Below are positions 1-8,681 of a stretch of 19,171 bases of DNA, piece by piece. The DNA is from Candidatus Heimdallarchaeota archaeon (GTDB taxonomy: Archaea > Asgardarchaeota > Heimdallarchaeia > JABLTI01): assembly GCA_030614005.1 (NCBI GenBank), contig JAUWKS010000060.1, forward strand, positions 1 to 19,171. Reading direction: 5' to 3'. Numbering within the stretch: position 1 is the stretch's first letter; the number at the start of each line of letters is the position of its first letter. The notes beneath the pieces are model-generated. The model was not told the origin of the DNA, made no database searches, and saw only the letters and a program-made list of their open reading frames with translations. A program made the translations under genes and the position numbers.

Positions 1-151
1 CGGATTGAACAAATGGACGAATGATAATGAAATTATCTTTGTCCAGAATAATGCCCATAGGTGCTCCATTGGGTTTATTCTTTTTATCTGTGGTTGTTAT
101 AATAGTTTCATAAACAACTCCAGGTATTATGGAAAGATTTTCTGAGGGCAT
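1..151 (-). CDS. DUF447-family protein (FMN-binding split-barrel-like), 5' part only; runs off the left edge
   Basis: Not in the ORF track. Manual translation from ATG at 151: MPSENLSIIPGVVYETIITTTDKKNKPNGAPMGIILDKDNFIIIRPFVQS. The ETIxTT...PNxAPMG pattern is characteristic of DUF447. Divergent from mptE. Confidence 0.8.
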   Translation of the reverse strand, partial: MPSENLSIIPGVVYETIITTTDKKNKPNGAPMGIILDKDNFIIIRPFVQS

Positions 152-262
152 CTAATTTTTCTCTCGAGTGCGTTTTTCTAATCAAAATATAATTATCATT
201 GAATAGTATTATTATACTCGATTTAATACTAAACGAATATATCAATTACGGTTCGATTATCG

Positions 263-1075
263 ATGGATGAGTATGAAAAGCTAACAATCGATGAATATAA
301 TGAGATTTGCTCTCTTCTAAATATTGACCCACAAACTGACATATCATCGGTAAAACTCTTTGACGGAAAATTAAATGAACAAAAAATGCTTGCTGCGTAT
401 AAAAACTTGTATGAGAAAATTTCCAATCGTATAGTATTTATTTTTGGTGCAGGGCCATCATTAAACTCATCTTTGGATAGAATACAATCAATAATAGAAA
501 AGCACAGAAAAAATGTAACGACTATTGCTGTTGATGGTGCAACGAAAGCATTACAAGAATATGATTTGCCAATTGATGTTATAGTTACTGATCTTGATGG
601 TAGTATCACCTCGATACTTGAAGAATATAACAAAGGTGCAATTGTTGTCGTTCATGCACATGGCGATAATACAGATAAGATAAACCAAATATCTTCAATT
701 TTAAATGGCAGTAATGTTATAGGTACAAGTCAATCGTTTGAAACAGCTAAAGTAAAGAATCTTGGTGGGTTCTCAGATGGAGATAGAGCAGCCTATTTAT
801 CAGCGAATTTCAACGGAAAAATAATTGTGCTATTTGCTTTTGATTTTGGAAAAATAGTTGGAAGATATTCTAAGCCTGAGATATTCACTGAAGATACTAA
901 TGCTTCTAAAGAGAAATTGATCAAATTAAAATTCGCTAAAAAAATGCTCGCAAAAATACCCTTGAAATTTCCGGAAATTAATATACTGAATTGTACTCCT
1001 CAAGGGGAAGAAATTGCTAATATACGTCAAATAAGTATTCAACAATTAGAAGAACTATTGGATGAGAATCAATAG
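263..1075 (+). CDS. mptE: 6-hydroxymethyl-7,8-dihydropterin pyrophosphokinase, MptE-like (DUF115/COG1634)
   Basis: Motifs IFGAGPSL, IAVDGAT, VIVTDLDG, VVHAHGDN and GGFSDGDRA match the archaeal MptE family. Confidence 0.88.
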   Translation: MDEYEKLTIDEYNEICSLLNIDPQTDISSVKLFDGKLNEQKMLAAYKNLYEKISNRIVFIFGAGPSLNSSLDRIQSIIEKHRKNVTTIAVDGATKALQEYDLPIDVIVTDLDGSITSILEEYNKGAIVVVHAHGDNTDKINQISSILNGSNVIGTSQSFETAKVKNLGGFSDGDRAAYLSANFNGKIIVLFAFDFGKIVGRYSKPEIFTEDTNASKEKLIKLKFAKKMLAKIPLKFPEINILNCTPQGEEIANIRQISIQQLEELLDENQ

Positions 1076-1082
1076 TAAATTT

Positions 1083-1586
1083 TTAGCTTAAATCGTCTCG
1101 AGATATTTTCTTCCAACAGCCTTGGCCCTTGTATTCGAAAACTCCAACATCAATTGATTCAATATTCGGATATTTACTAAAGAGAGGTTTCATTTTGGTT
1201 GTTAATAATCTCGCGAATTCTTCAACGGTGGTATTTTTTATGGGCAGAAGGCAGACATCCACTACTGGAAAAATATACCTTTTCTTTTTAGGAAGAAATT
1301 CTACAAGATATTCTTCCCCTTTTTTTGTTATGAGAAGATGAGGATTTTCACTTGGGAGGAGAATTCTATGATCTAATTCCTCCACAAAATTACGTACAAA
1401 AGGTTTCAATTCTAGAAAATCAATTACTAGATTTTTATCTTCATCTTGCTCTCCAAATACTTGAACTTCAACTAAGTAGTTATGTCCATGTAACCGCTCA
1501 CACCCTGTATCACCTAATACAAAATGTGCTGCAGCAAATTTGAAGGTTAATCCGCCTTGTATTAAACGATAGCTCAAATTATTCAC
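1083..1586 (-). CDS. queD: 6-pyruvoyl-tetrahydropterin synthase / QueD family (COG0720), CExxHGH variant
   Basis: FAAAH, CERLHGHNY, ELDHR and NTTVE motifs; GTG start. Family is secure; the exact reaction (QueD vs PTPS-III) is not. Confidence 0.85.
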   Translation of the reverse strand: MNNLSYRLIQGGLTFKFAAAHFVLGDTGCERLHGHNYLVEVQVFGEQDEDKNLVIDFLELKPFVRNFVEELDHRILLPSENPHLLITKKGEEYLVEFLPKKKRYIFPVVDVCLLPIKNTTVEEFARLLTTKMKPLFSKYPNIESIDVGVFEYKGQGCWKKISRDDLS

Positions 1587-1654
1587 CAGTTATACTTTTC
1601 AACTTGCTAATGAGGTAAAAGTAGTTTGCTTTTTTATATGTTTCTTCTCTGTTC

Positions 1655-1903
1655 TTACGAAATACGTTTAATAAAGAAAATATATTTCCCGTTTTGAATA
1701 TCTGAGAGAAACAATTCTTGGTTATTTATTTTGCACCATTTTGGCATTGATTTTGGTGATTGTGGATTATCTGTTACTACGTTGATGATTTCACCAATTG
1801 CTATTTTATTAATTTGTACTCGTAACTCCAATCGTATCTGGAAGCATTCTTTACCAGTCATATCTAGCTGCAAAACAATCTTTTCATTCTGAAATGATGT
1901 CAT
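1655..1903 (-). CDS. TusA/SirA-like sulfur-carrier protein
   Basis: 82 aa with LDMTGKEC, GEIINVVTDNPQS and PKWC pattern. Cys is kept but the usual CPxP is replaced by CFQI. Confidence 0.75.
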   Translation of the reverse strand: MTSFQNEKIVLQLDMTGKECFQIRLELRVQINKIAIGEIINVVTDNPQSPKSMPKWCKINNQELFLSDIQNGKYIFFIKRIS

Positions 1904-1974
1904 AATAGTTTATAGTAAAGATTATAATTTATAATTTACGCTTTAAAAACGAAAGTCATTATTGGTGATTAATT

Positions 1975-3210
1975 CTGAGAGTCTTTGTTCAAGAATATGC
2001 TACTGGTGGTGGTTTAGTTAATGATATGCTTCATCCATCATTATTAATAGAAGGATTTGCTATTCTTCGAGCATTGATATTAAATTTTAAAAAATGTGGT
2101 TATGAAGTTATAACAACAATTGATTTTCGATTGGAAAAATTGAAACCATTTTTATCAGCAGATATTATTGAACCAATAACAACTGGGAAATCAATATTTG
2201 ATGTCAGCATTAATTTACTCAACAATTGCGATTATTTTCTAATTATTGCTCCAGGAGCAAATAATATTCTTTCTAGCTTTGTTAGCAATTACTCTAACAC
2301 AAAAGCTAAAAGTTTGAATTGTAATAGTGAGCTGATTAATTTAGCTACTCAGAAACATCTTACTTACACATTTTGTTCTACATTACAAATTAACTTTCCA
2401 AAAACCTACAAAATGAAGAAAAATGGTATGTGTGTAAATCTCGAAAACGTTTCAATAAAAGAGAAGCATTGGTCTACATTGATTGACGAAAGAAAACTCT
2501 TTTTTCCTATAATTCTTAAACCAACCGATGGAGTAGCATGTGAAGGATTAGTTTTATGTGCAAATCAAAAGGAGATAAATGATTACATACAAAATAATCC
2601 TACAGAACAACTCTTACTTCAAGAGTTCATTGAAGGTGAACATTTGAGTGTGACTGCAAATATCACACCAAAGGAAATCCAAATTATCTCTCTAAATATA
2701 CAACTAATTTCTTTCACCAATTATACGTCAGATTATTTGGGTGGAGCAACAAACATACAACATAATCTTTCTAAAGAAATTGAAAAGTTAACGCATCAAT
2801 TGTTATCTAATATGAAGGGGCTAAATGGTTTAGTTGGTGTGGATTATGTAATTCGAAATAAAGAAATTTATTTCATCGAAATAAACCCAAGAGCAACTAC
2901 TCCGATTAGTTGTCTAATTTCTATAGATTCCCCCCCATTACATTTATTGCCTTTAGCAAATGACAAAAGGAAAGAAAATAAAATCAGAGAAAAAAGGGTT
3001 ACATATTTTGCCAAAGTATCAATGGACAAAGTAAAAAATAAAACACTGGTTAGTCAAAGATTCTTAGATTCTGACTTCATTTTAACTCCACCACTTGAAA
3101 TGTCTGCAAACAAAATTCTAACTTTAATTAAGGGGTCAGGAAAATCATTTCAAAGTGCACAAATGGATTTTCAAAATAATCTTTCAATATTGTCAAATAA
3201 ATTAAAGTAA
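1975..3210 (+). CDS. mfnD: ATP-grasp ligase, MfnD-like (tyramine--L-glutamate ligase)
   Basis: ATP-grasp motifs ILKPTDGVACEG, LLQEFIEG, GLVGVD and FIEINPRATT. The conserved N-terminus LRVFVQEYATGGG lies in frame upstream of the tracked ATG (2026), so the start is moved to CTG 1975 (SD GGTGA at 1964-1968). First gene of a unit with mfnF and mfnE. Confidence 0.75.
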   Translation: MRVFVQEYATGGGLVNDMLHPSLLIEGFAILRALILNFKKCGYEVITTIDFRLEKLKPFLSADIIEPITTGKSIFDVSINLLNNCDYFLIIAPGANNILSSFVSNYSNTKAKSLNCNSELINLATQKHLTYTFCSTLQINFPKTYKMKKNGMCVNLENVSIKEKHWSTLIDERKLFFPIILKPTDGVACEGLVLCANQKEINDYIQNNPTEQLLLQEFIEGEHLSVTANITPKEIQIISLNIQLISFTNYTSDYLGGATNIQHNLSKEIEKLTHQLLSNMKGLNGLVGVDYVIRNKEIYFIEINPRATTPISCLISIDSPPLHLLPLANDKRKENKIREKRVTYFAKVSMDKVKNKTLVSQRFLDSDFILTPPLEMSANKILTLIKGSGKSFQSAQMDFQNNLSILSNKLK

Positions 3211-3240
3211 TACTAGACTATATTATTATTCGAATCAACG

Positions 3241-4305
3241 ATGACAATAGTACTTGGTTTAGATATTGGTGGAGCAAATACAAAATTTGCTATTTTAGAT
3301 TATAGTGAAGATAAAGTATCCTTTTTAGCTGCGGAATCAGAGTACTTTCCACTTTGGAAACAATTAGAAAAATTCTCAGATTATTTGAAAAGTATCAAAG
3401 AGAAAATTGAAAAAAACTATGGAATTATCGATTATACTACTTTTGTCACTACAGCCGAATTAGCCGATTGTTTTCAAACGAAGAAAGAAGGAATCGAAAC
3501 GATAAGTAAAATTGTTGAAAGTGTTTTTTCCAAAGATAATCATACACCACTTATGTACGATGTAAATGGTGAGTTTCTTTCTACTACTAAAACAGCAGAA
3601 AAATGGTTAGAGGTTTCAGCAACAAATTGGGTGGCATCAGCAAATTTCCTTGGGAAAGAATATCCAAATGCAATCATATTAGACATCGGCTCTACAACTA
3701 CTGATATTATCCCTATTTTCAATGGAAAAGTTGTTGCCAAAGGAAAAAATGATTTTGAGAGATTAGCTAGCCAAGAATTAGTGTATTCTGGAACTCTTCG
3801 AACAACTATTCCAGCTATTATTCATGAAATAAAATTGCGAGGTAAAATCGTTCCTCTTTCAAGTGAGCTTTTCGCTACCTCAGGTGATGTGTACATGGCA
3901 TTAGATATGATATCTGAGAATGAGTTTACAGTTGATACTGCAGATGGAAGACCTCCATCCAAAGGTAATGCACTTGCAAGATTAGCTAGAACAGTTTGTG
4001 CTGATCACAATCAACTATCAACCAGCGAAATTATTCAAATTGCCAAACAAATTAAAGAAAAACAATTCGATATTCTATCTGCTGCTTTAAACACAGTAAT
4101 CAATAGATTTCACGCTGATTATAAGCTAAATCCAAAAATTATCCTAATCGGTTCGGGTTCTGAAGTTATTGGAATATCTCTTCTAAGAGAGAATGGTATT
4201 TATGAACAAATTCTCATAAAAGAAATCATCAACGCACCTGTTTCCGCAGCCTTCAGTGCATATGCCACAGCAAACTTGTATATTGATACATTAAGAAAAA
4301 CTTGA
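3241..4305 (+). CDS. mfnF: Hydantoinase/oxoprolinase-family H4MPT/methanofuran-linked protein, MfnF-like
   Basis: GLDIGGANTK, TAELADCF, ATNWVASA, DIGSTTTDIIP, ELVYSGTLRT, TADGRP and RLARTVCAD motifs. Confidence 0.88.
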   Translation: MTIVLGLDIGGANTKFAILDYSEDKVSFLAAESEYFPLWKQLEKFSDYLKSIKEKIEKNYGIIDYTTFVTTAELADCFQTKKEGIETISKIVESVFSKDNHTPLMYDVNGEFLSTTKTAEKWLEVSATNWVASANFLGKEYPNAIILDIGSTTTDIIPIFNGKVVAKGKNDFERLASQELVYSGTLRTTIPAIIHEIKLRGKIVPLSSELFATSGDVYMALDMISENEFTVDTADGRPPSKGNALARLARTVCADHNQLSTSEIIQIAKQIKEKQFDILSAALNTVINRFHADYKLNPKIILIGSGSEVIGISLLRENGIYEQILIKEIINAPVSAAFSAYATANLYIDTLRKT

Positions 4306-4327
4306 GAAGCACAAGGTGAATTAAGAA

Positions 4328-5017
4328 ATGCCAGAGAAAAAACATTCTTTTGACTATGTTATAAAATTTGGTGGATCAATTACTGAAAGAGGGTCCATTC
4401 AGCAAATTGAATCCATTGGTAGAATTTTAGCTGAAATTTTTGCCCTCAAAAAGAATTTTGTTATTGTTCCAGGTGGTGGTTCCTTTGCTGAAGAAGTTAG
4501 AAGAATGCAAAATAAATTTCATTTCAGTGATGAACAAGCTCATTGGATGGCTGTTTATGCAATGGAACAACATGCACTATTACTACAACATTTTATTCCT
4601 AAATCAAAAGTAATGCAATTCTCAAGTAAGCAGTCCCTCAATACAATACATAAATTCCAAGGAACACAAGTACCTATTTTCAGTGTTTTAGACTTTATGA
4701 AAAATGAAAGTAAATTAGGTCATAATTGGCATTGCTCTAGTGATGCCATCGCTTCTGAAATCGCTTCTAAACTAAATATACAAAAGATTATTTTCGTAAA
4801 GGATGTAGATGGTCTCTTCATTGATAATTCATTTGTTGAAGAAATAAAATTGGAAGATTTAGTACTACTCGATGATTCTCCAATTGACAAAACAGCACCG
4901 ATTATTCTTAAAAACAATCTAATTGAAGCAGTAATAGTTAATGGATTCTACCCAGAAAGAATAAAAGACCTACTAATGTTTATGAAAGAGATAATAGGTA
5001 CCAAAATACTATTGTAA
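4328..5017 (+). CDS. mfnE: Amino-acid-kinase-fold protein, MfnE-like ([5-(aminomethyl)furan-3-yl]methyl phosphate kinase)
   Basis: VIKFGGS, VPGGGSFAEEVR, AHWMAVYAMEQ, WHCSSDAIA and KDVDGLF motifs; SD GGTGA upstream; 22 bp after mfnF. Confidence 0.85.
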   Translation: MPEKKHSFDYVIKFGGSITERGSIQQIESIGRILAEIFALKKNFVIVPGGGSFAEEVRRMQNKFHFSDEQAHWMAVYAMEQHALLLQHFIPKSKVMQFSSKQSLNTIHKFQGTQVPIFSVLDFMKNESKLGHNWHCSSDAIASEIASKLNIQKIIFVKDVDGLFIDNSFVEEIKLEDLVLLDDSPIDKTAPIILKNNLIEAVIVNGFYPERIKDLLMFMKEIIGTKILL

Positions 5018-5082
5018 CAAAAAATAGCATAATCCACAATAATTTTATGCAAGTGAACTGTACAAATCAAGGAGATTAAACA

Positions 5083-5814
5083 ATGAGTCAAATTGCTAGA
5101 GTTAAAACAGGCATTCCTGGTTTAGATAAAATGCTAAATGGTGGTTTACCAAAAGGTAGAACTATACTCTTAAGTGGACCTGCAGGTGCAGGAAAAACAA
5201 CTCTTGCCACACAATTTATTTACAAAGGAGTTTTAGACTATGGAGATCCCGGGATTTACGTTACTTTTGATGAAGATCCCAAAACTGTCAGGCAAAATTT
5301 TTCTGGTTTCGGTTGGAAAATACAAAGCTTAGAAAAAGAAAACTTGTTAGCTTTAGTGGACGGATTTTCAATGAGAGCAGGTGTTGCCTCAAAAGAGAAA
5401 TATAGTATACGACTTGAAATTGATGACCTCCTAACGACACTTATTGCTCTTATAGATGAATTAGGAGCAGAGCGAGTTGTTATTGATTCTTTAACTGCTC
5501 TAGCAATCTCCCTAGAAAGCGAACTTAGAATTAGAAGGGAAATTCTGAAATTAAGTGCAGTTATGTCCAGTCTAAAATGCACTACAATTGTAACAAGTGA
5601 AATGAGCCAAAGTGGTGAAATTTCTCGCTATGGTGTTGAAGAATTCATGGCTTCTGGTGTTATTGTATTAGATATTCAAGAAGTCAATCAAAGATTGATG
5701 AGAAGCATTTACATTAGAAAGATGAGAGGAATTAATCACGAACTTATTCGCAGACCATTTATGTTATCAGGAGATGGTTGTATTGTCCTTTCCTCTGAAA
5801 CATTATATATGTAA
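5083..5814 (+). CDS. Single-domain KaiC/RAD55-like RecA-superfamily ATPase
   Basis: KTGIPGLDKMLNGGLP, Walker A GPAGAGKT, Walker B RVVIDS, GVEE and RKMRG; GGAG SD upstream. Confidence 0.9.
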   Translation: MSQIARVKTGIPGLDKMLNGGLPKGRTILLSGPAGAGKTTLATQFIYKGVLDYGDPGIYVTFDEDPKTVRQNFSGFGWKIQSLEKENLLALVDGFSMRAGVASKEKYSIRLEIDDLLTTLIALIDELGAERVVIDSLTALAISLESELRIRREILKLSAVMSSLKCTTIVTSEMSQSGEISRYGVEEFMASGVIVLDIQEVNQRLMRSIYIRKMRGINHELIRRPFMLSGDGCIVLSSETLYM

Positions 5815-5819
5815 CGAGA

Positions 5820-5842
5820 ATAATTGGATGAACTCCAATTAT
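5820..5842 (+). terminator. Perfect 9-bp inverted repeat just after the KaiC-like stop; candidate terminator or operator
   Basis: ATAATTGGA-TGAAC-TCCAATTAT, 5 nt after the stop codon. Confidence 0.45.
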
Positions 5843-5872
5843 CCTTCAATTTAATTTCTAATAAATCTATTA

Positions 5873-6076
5873 ATGGTTGGAGAAAATATGTTCACAAAAG
5901 ATTCTAAGGTAGATGAAAAAGATCTGGTTTTAATTGAAACTCAAAATATCCAAGAGAAATGTGGAGGATGTGGAGAACAATTAATCATCAAAATTTTTTG
6001 GTCAAAAGATGGAGACCAGCAAAAAATTGAATGTACTAAATGTGGATTAAGTATCTGGAAAAGCATGAAAAAATGA
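5873..6076 (+). CDS. Small zinc-ribbon protein
   Basis: Two Cys pairs, CGGC and CTKC. The real start may be ATG 5888, which follows a GGAG motif. Confidence 0.75.
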   Translation: MVGENMFTKDSKVDEKDLVLIETQNIQEKCGGCGEQLIIKIFWSKDGDQQKIECTKCGLSIWKSMKK

Positions 6077-6097
6077 TTGGTAAAGCTATTGGCCTAA

Positions 6098-6478
6098 TTA
6101 CTTCTCTCTTTTCTCAACAACAATTAGTTTTGATAGTTTCAATTCTTTGAATATCTCTAACCCTTTAGTTATTTTTCCGACAATATTCATCTCTTGATAT
6201 GGACGAACATCGTCATATATTATGTGAACTGATTTGCCCATTGGAGCGTAACAGATCTCTCCTGGCTTTACGTCCTGTGTTGGTCTCTCAGCTTTCACTT
6301 GAAAATTAACTTGAAAATACGCATGAGCATTATCTTGTGAACGAATACGACTTGTTATTGGTAATGCATACCAGATTTCCTCTGCTGAATGCGGAGCTTT
6401 TATTCTAATAAGCTCACCTTCTGCCTCTCCAACACCTTCAATTTTGAACTTAAGAGGATAAACTTCTAACTTACTCAT
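6098..6478 (-). CDS. Cyclophilin-like-fold protein (DUF369/TM1367-like)
   Basis: APHSAEEIWYALP, GEICYAPMGKSVHIIY and VGKIT pattern; SD GGTGA 7 nt before ATG. Confidence 0.75.
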   Translation of the reverse strand: MSKLEVYPLKFKIEGVGEAEGELIRIKAPHSAEEIWYALPITSRIRSQDNAHAYFQVNFQVKAERPTQDVKPGEICYAPMGKSVHIIYDDVRPYQEMNIVGKITKGLEIFKELKLSKLIVVEKREK

Positions 6479-6535
6479 TTATTGTCACCGAAAAAGTATT
6501 CGTTATCTTAATAAAAAAACTTTCTAAGAATGAAT

Positions 6536-6613
6536 TGGTGCCCCAACCGGGATTTGAACCCGAGTCTACAACTCGAAAGGCTGTAATGATTGGCCGAACT
6601 ACACCATTGGGGC
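6536..6613 (-). tRNA. trnE: tRNA-Glu(TTC), intronless, CCA encoded
   Basis: Reverse complement folds: acceptor GCCCCAA/TTGGGGC, anticodon stem ACAGC/GTTGT with loop CT-TTC-GA, T-arm TCGGG-TTCAAAT-CCCGG, then A-CCA. Confidence 0.97.
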
Positions 6614-6652
6614 AAATAGTTAAACAATACTTTTTTTCAAGGGATTATCTGG

Positions 6653-6667
6653 TTTTAAATCTTTCTT
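6653..6667 (-). promoter_or_regulatory. Putative BRE/TATA promoter of tRNA-Glu
   Basis: Minus strand reads AAGAAAG-A-TTTAAAA about 40 nt upstream of G1. Confidence 0.5.
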
Positions 6668-6729
6668 GAAGTTGCAAAAATTAGCATTTCGGCTTATTTC
6701 TGTGGAATTAATTAAAAAAGAATAAACAG

Positions 6730-6751
6730 GCAGCAGGTTAAAACCTGCCGC
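6730..6751 (-). terminator. GC-rich hairpin plus U-rich tract downstream of the solute-binding-protein gene
   Basis: Minus strand GCGGCAGGT-TTTA-ACCTGCTGC (9 bp, one G-U), followed by CTGTTTATTCTTTTTT; 22 nt after the stop. Confidence 0.6.
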
Positions 6752-6773
6752 AAGTTAAGTTGTATCAGGATAT

Positions 6774-8639
6774 TTACTTTCTCTTCTTAACAATAAGGAA
6801 TGAAGCGGATGCTACAGTCATTATTGATACGAATGCAATCAATAAACCGAATCCAGGTGTGCCTCCTGTTGTAGTAATTTCGTAACCTGCATAGGCCATG
6901 AATTCTCGTGCTAAGTCAAGATTGTGGTTGTATCGAATAATGTTTGGATTACACCAGATTCCCATCTTTAAGTAGATTGGATGATCTGTGAGGGTGTATT
7001 CACCTCTGTGAATAACATTATTGATTTCAACTCTATCAAGAGCGTAAGAGATAGCTTTTCTGATAGCTAAACCAACTGTCATTGAAGCATCGCCAGGAGC
7101 GTCATCAGGGTTGCCGATAACTGGTCTGACTGGGCGCATGTTATAACCGAAGAAACCAAAGTAGAATGTAGTATCATTTTGGACATTAAAGTCTGGGTCA
7201 GCGATCATTTCATCACGTTTCTCTGGGAATTGTGTAACTCCTTCGAGATCGGTTTTACCTGCCTCAAATTCTAATAAAGCGGTTTGTTGGTCTGGGATAA
7301 TTCTAATTCTCCAAGTGTCTAATCCACCAGTGAAGTCACCAAATCTGTTTTCAAAGTCTAATCCGGTTTTGGATACAGAGTCGTCTAACCACCAGCAGTC
7401 ATCGAATACGTTTAATTCTGTTTCAACACCTTCGGTGAAGGTACCAAGTTGGAATAATCCAGTTCCGAAACAACTTGTTGCGAATTTATTCCATGAAGCA
7501 TCAGTGATGTCTGGAGTAATTCCATCGGCTAATTGTGTTTGATTCAAGTAATGCTCTGGGAGAATTCTTGTAGATAAGTAGGTAACAGCGGGTGCAAAAG
7601 CATCATTTACTTCTGTTAATGGATCACCATCAATGTAAATTCTCATAGTTGTAGAGTCTACAATTTCCAATTTCTTGATCCAATCGTAATTGGCTACATC
7701 ATTGGAAACAGTTGCCCATGCGGATATAGTAAAGTAAACATCTTCAGCATCAAATTCTTCTCCTGGGAATAATCCATCTGGATCATCTTGCCATTTAATT
7801 CCATCACGAGTGACGATTTCAATGGTTGTATCATTGATGAACTCATAACTTTCAGCTAAGTGTGGGTGAACGCTTAAATCAGCGTCATAGAAAATTAGTG
7901 TGTCCATTGTAGCTGTACTGATTGTACTTGATGATTGATCATCTTGGAACAATGGGTTAAGATCTGACCAGGCTGCGTCAGTTGTGACAACTTCTGAGTC
8001 AACAATTTGACCATCATGAAGGGCTGAAAAACTCATTTTACCCCATGATTGTTTTAGACCGTCGGTCATATCATAGCCATCTAGTGTGGCCCAAATGGAG
8101 ACATAAACTTTTGGTGCGAATGTTGGTTGACATGGTAAAATTTTATCCATTAAATATTGTTCCCATGCCCAGTAATGTTGAACTCTTTCAGTACTGTCGG
8201 GAGGCATAATTAGGTTGCCTTGTTTCATATACCACTCGTTTAAACCAGTACCGAGGGTTTCATTGTAATCCATATCGGTATGGTAACCAAACAAGTTTAG
8301 AGAACCATTTTCGTTAAAGACACCAGTAAAGTCTGGGTCTGCACCGCCACCAGTGAGAGCGACATAACAAATATCGAAATCTCGGTAAGCGATCAATTCA
8401 CCAACAAAAGTTGGCCAATCTTGTACAATAACATCAACGTTTATTCCTATTCTTGCTAGATGTTGTTTGAGGAAGTTACCATAATCTGGTCTAACTCCTC
8501 CACCATTTGTTTTGAAGACCAAAGTAAAGAATGGGTCTACAGCGTTAGTTTTTGCTGGTTGTACAGCAATGGCACTAACTGCAAATAGTGATAGAATAAC
8601 ACCTACAAGAATTGTGGTTTTAACTTTATTCATTTTCAT
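6774..8639 (-). CDS. ABC transporter solute-binding protein, family 5 (OppA/DppA/NikA-like); circularly permuted; N-terminal signal peptide and C-terminal PGF-CTERM-type anchor
   Basis: Family-5 motifs DLNP, PHLAESY, GIKWQD, GTGLF, AGKTD, IRKAISYALDR, LAREFMAYAG and LARIGINV..DW. Start placed at ATG 8639 (SD GGTGA 7 nt upstream) rather than 8669. C-terminus TTTGGTPGFGLLIAFVSIMTVASASFLIVKKRK. Confidence 0.88.
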   Translation of the reverse strand: MKMNKVKTTILVGVILSLFAVSAIAVQPAKTNAVDPFFTLVFKTNGGGVRPDYGNFLKQHLARIGINVDVIVQDWPTFVGELIAYRDFDICYVALTGGGADPDFTGVFNENGSLNLFGYHTDMDYNETLGTGLNEWYMKQGNLIMPPDSTERVQHYWAWEQYLMDKILPCQPTFAPKVYVSIWATLDGYDMTDGLKQSWGKMSFSALHDGQIVDSEVVTTDAAWSDLNPLFQDDQSSSTISTATMDTLIFYDADLSVHPHLAESYEFINDTTIEIVTRDGIKWQDDPDGLFPGEEFDAEDVYFTISAWATVSNDVANYDWIKKLEIVDSTTMRIYIDGDPLTEVNDAFAPAVTYLSTRILPEHYLNQTQLADGITPDITDASWNKFATSCFGTGLFQLGTFTEGVETELNVFDDCWWLDDSVSKTGLDFENRFGDFTGGLDTWRIRIIPDQQTALLEFEAGKTDLEGVTQFPEKRDEMIADPDFNVQNDTTFYFGFFGYNMRPVRPVIGNPDDAPGDASMTVGLAIRKAISYALDRVEINNVIHRGEYTLTDHPIYLKMGIWCNPNIIRYNHNLDLAREFMAYAGYEITTTGGTPGFGLLIAFVSIMTVASASFLIVKKRK

Positions 8640-8681
8640 TAGGTGATCACCAAAAATATTTCGGTTCAACCTTATAATAGT

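Noticed and set aside
5083-5814. Circadian clock kaiC
   Set aside because: Single domain, no kaiA/kaiB nearby; typical archaeal KaiC-like ATPase.
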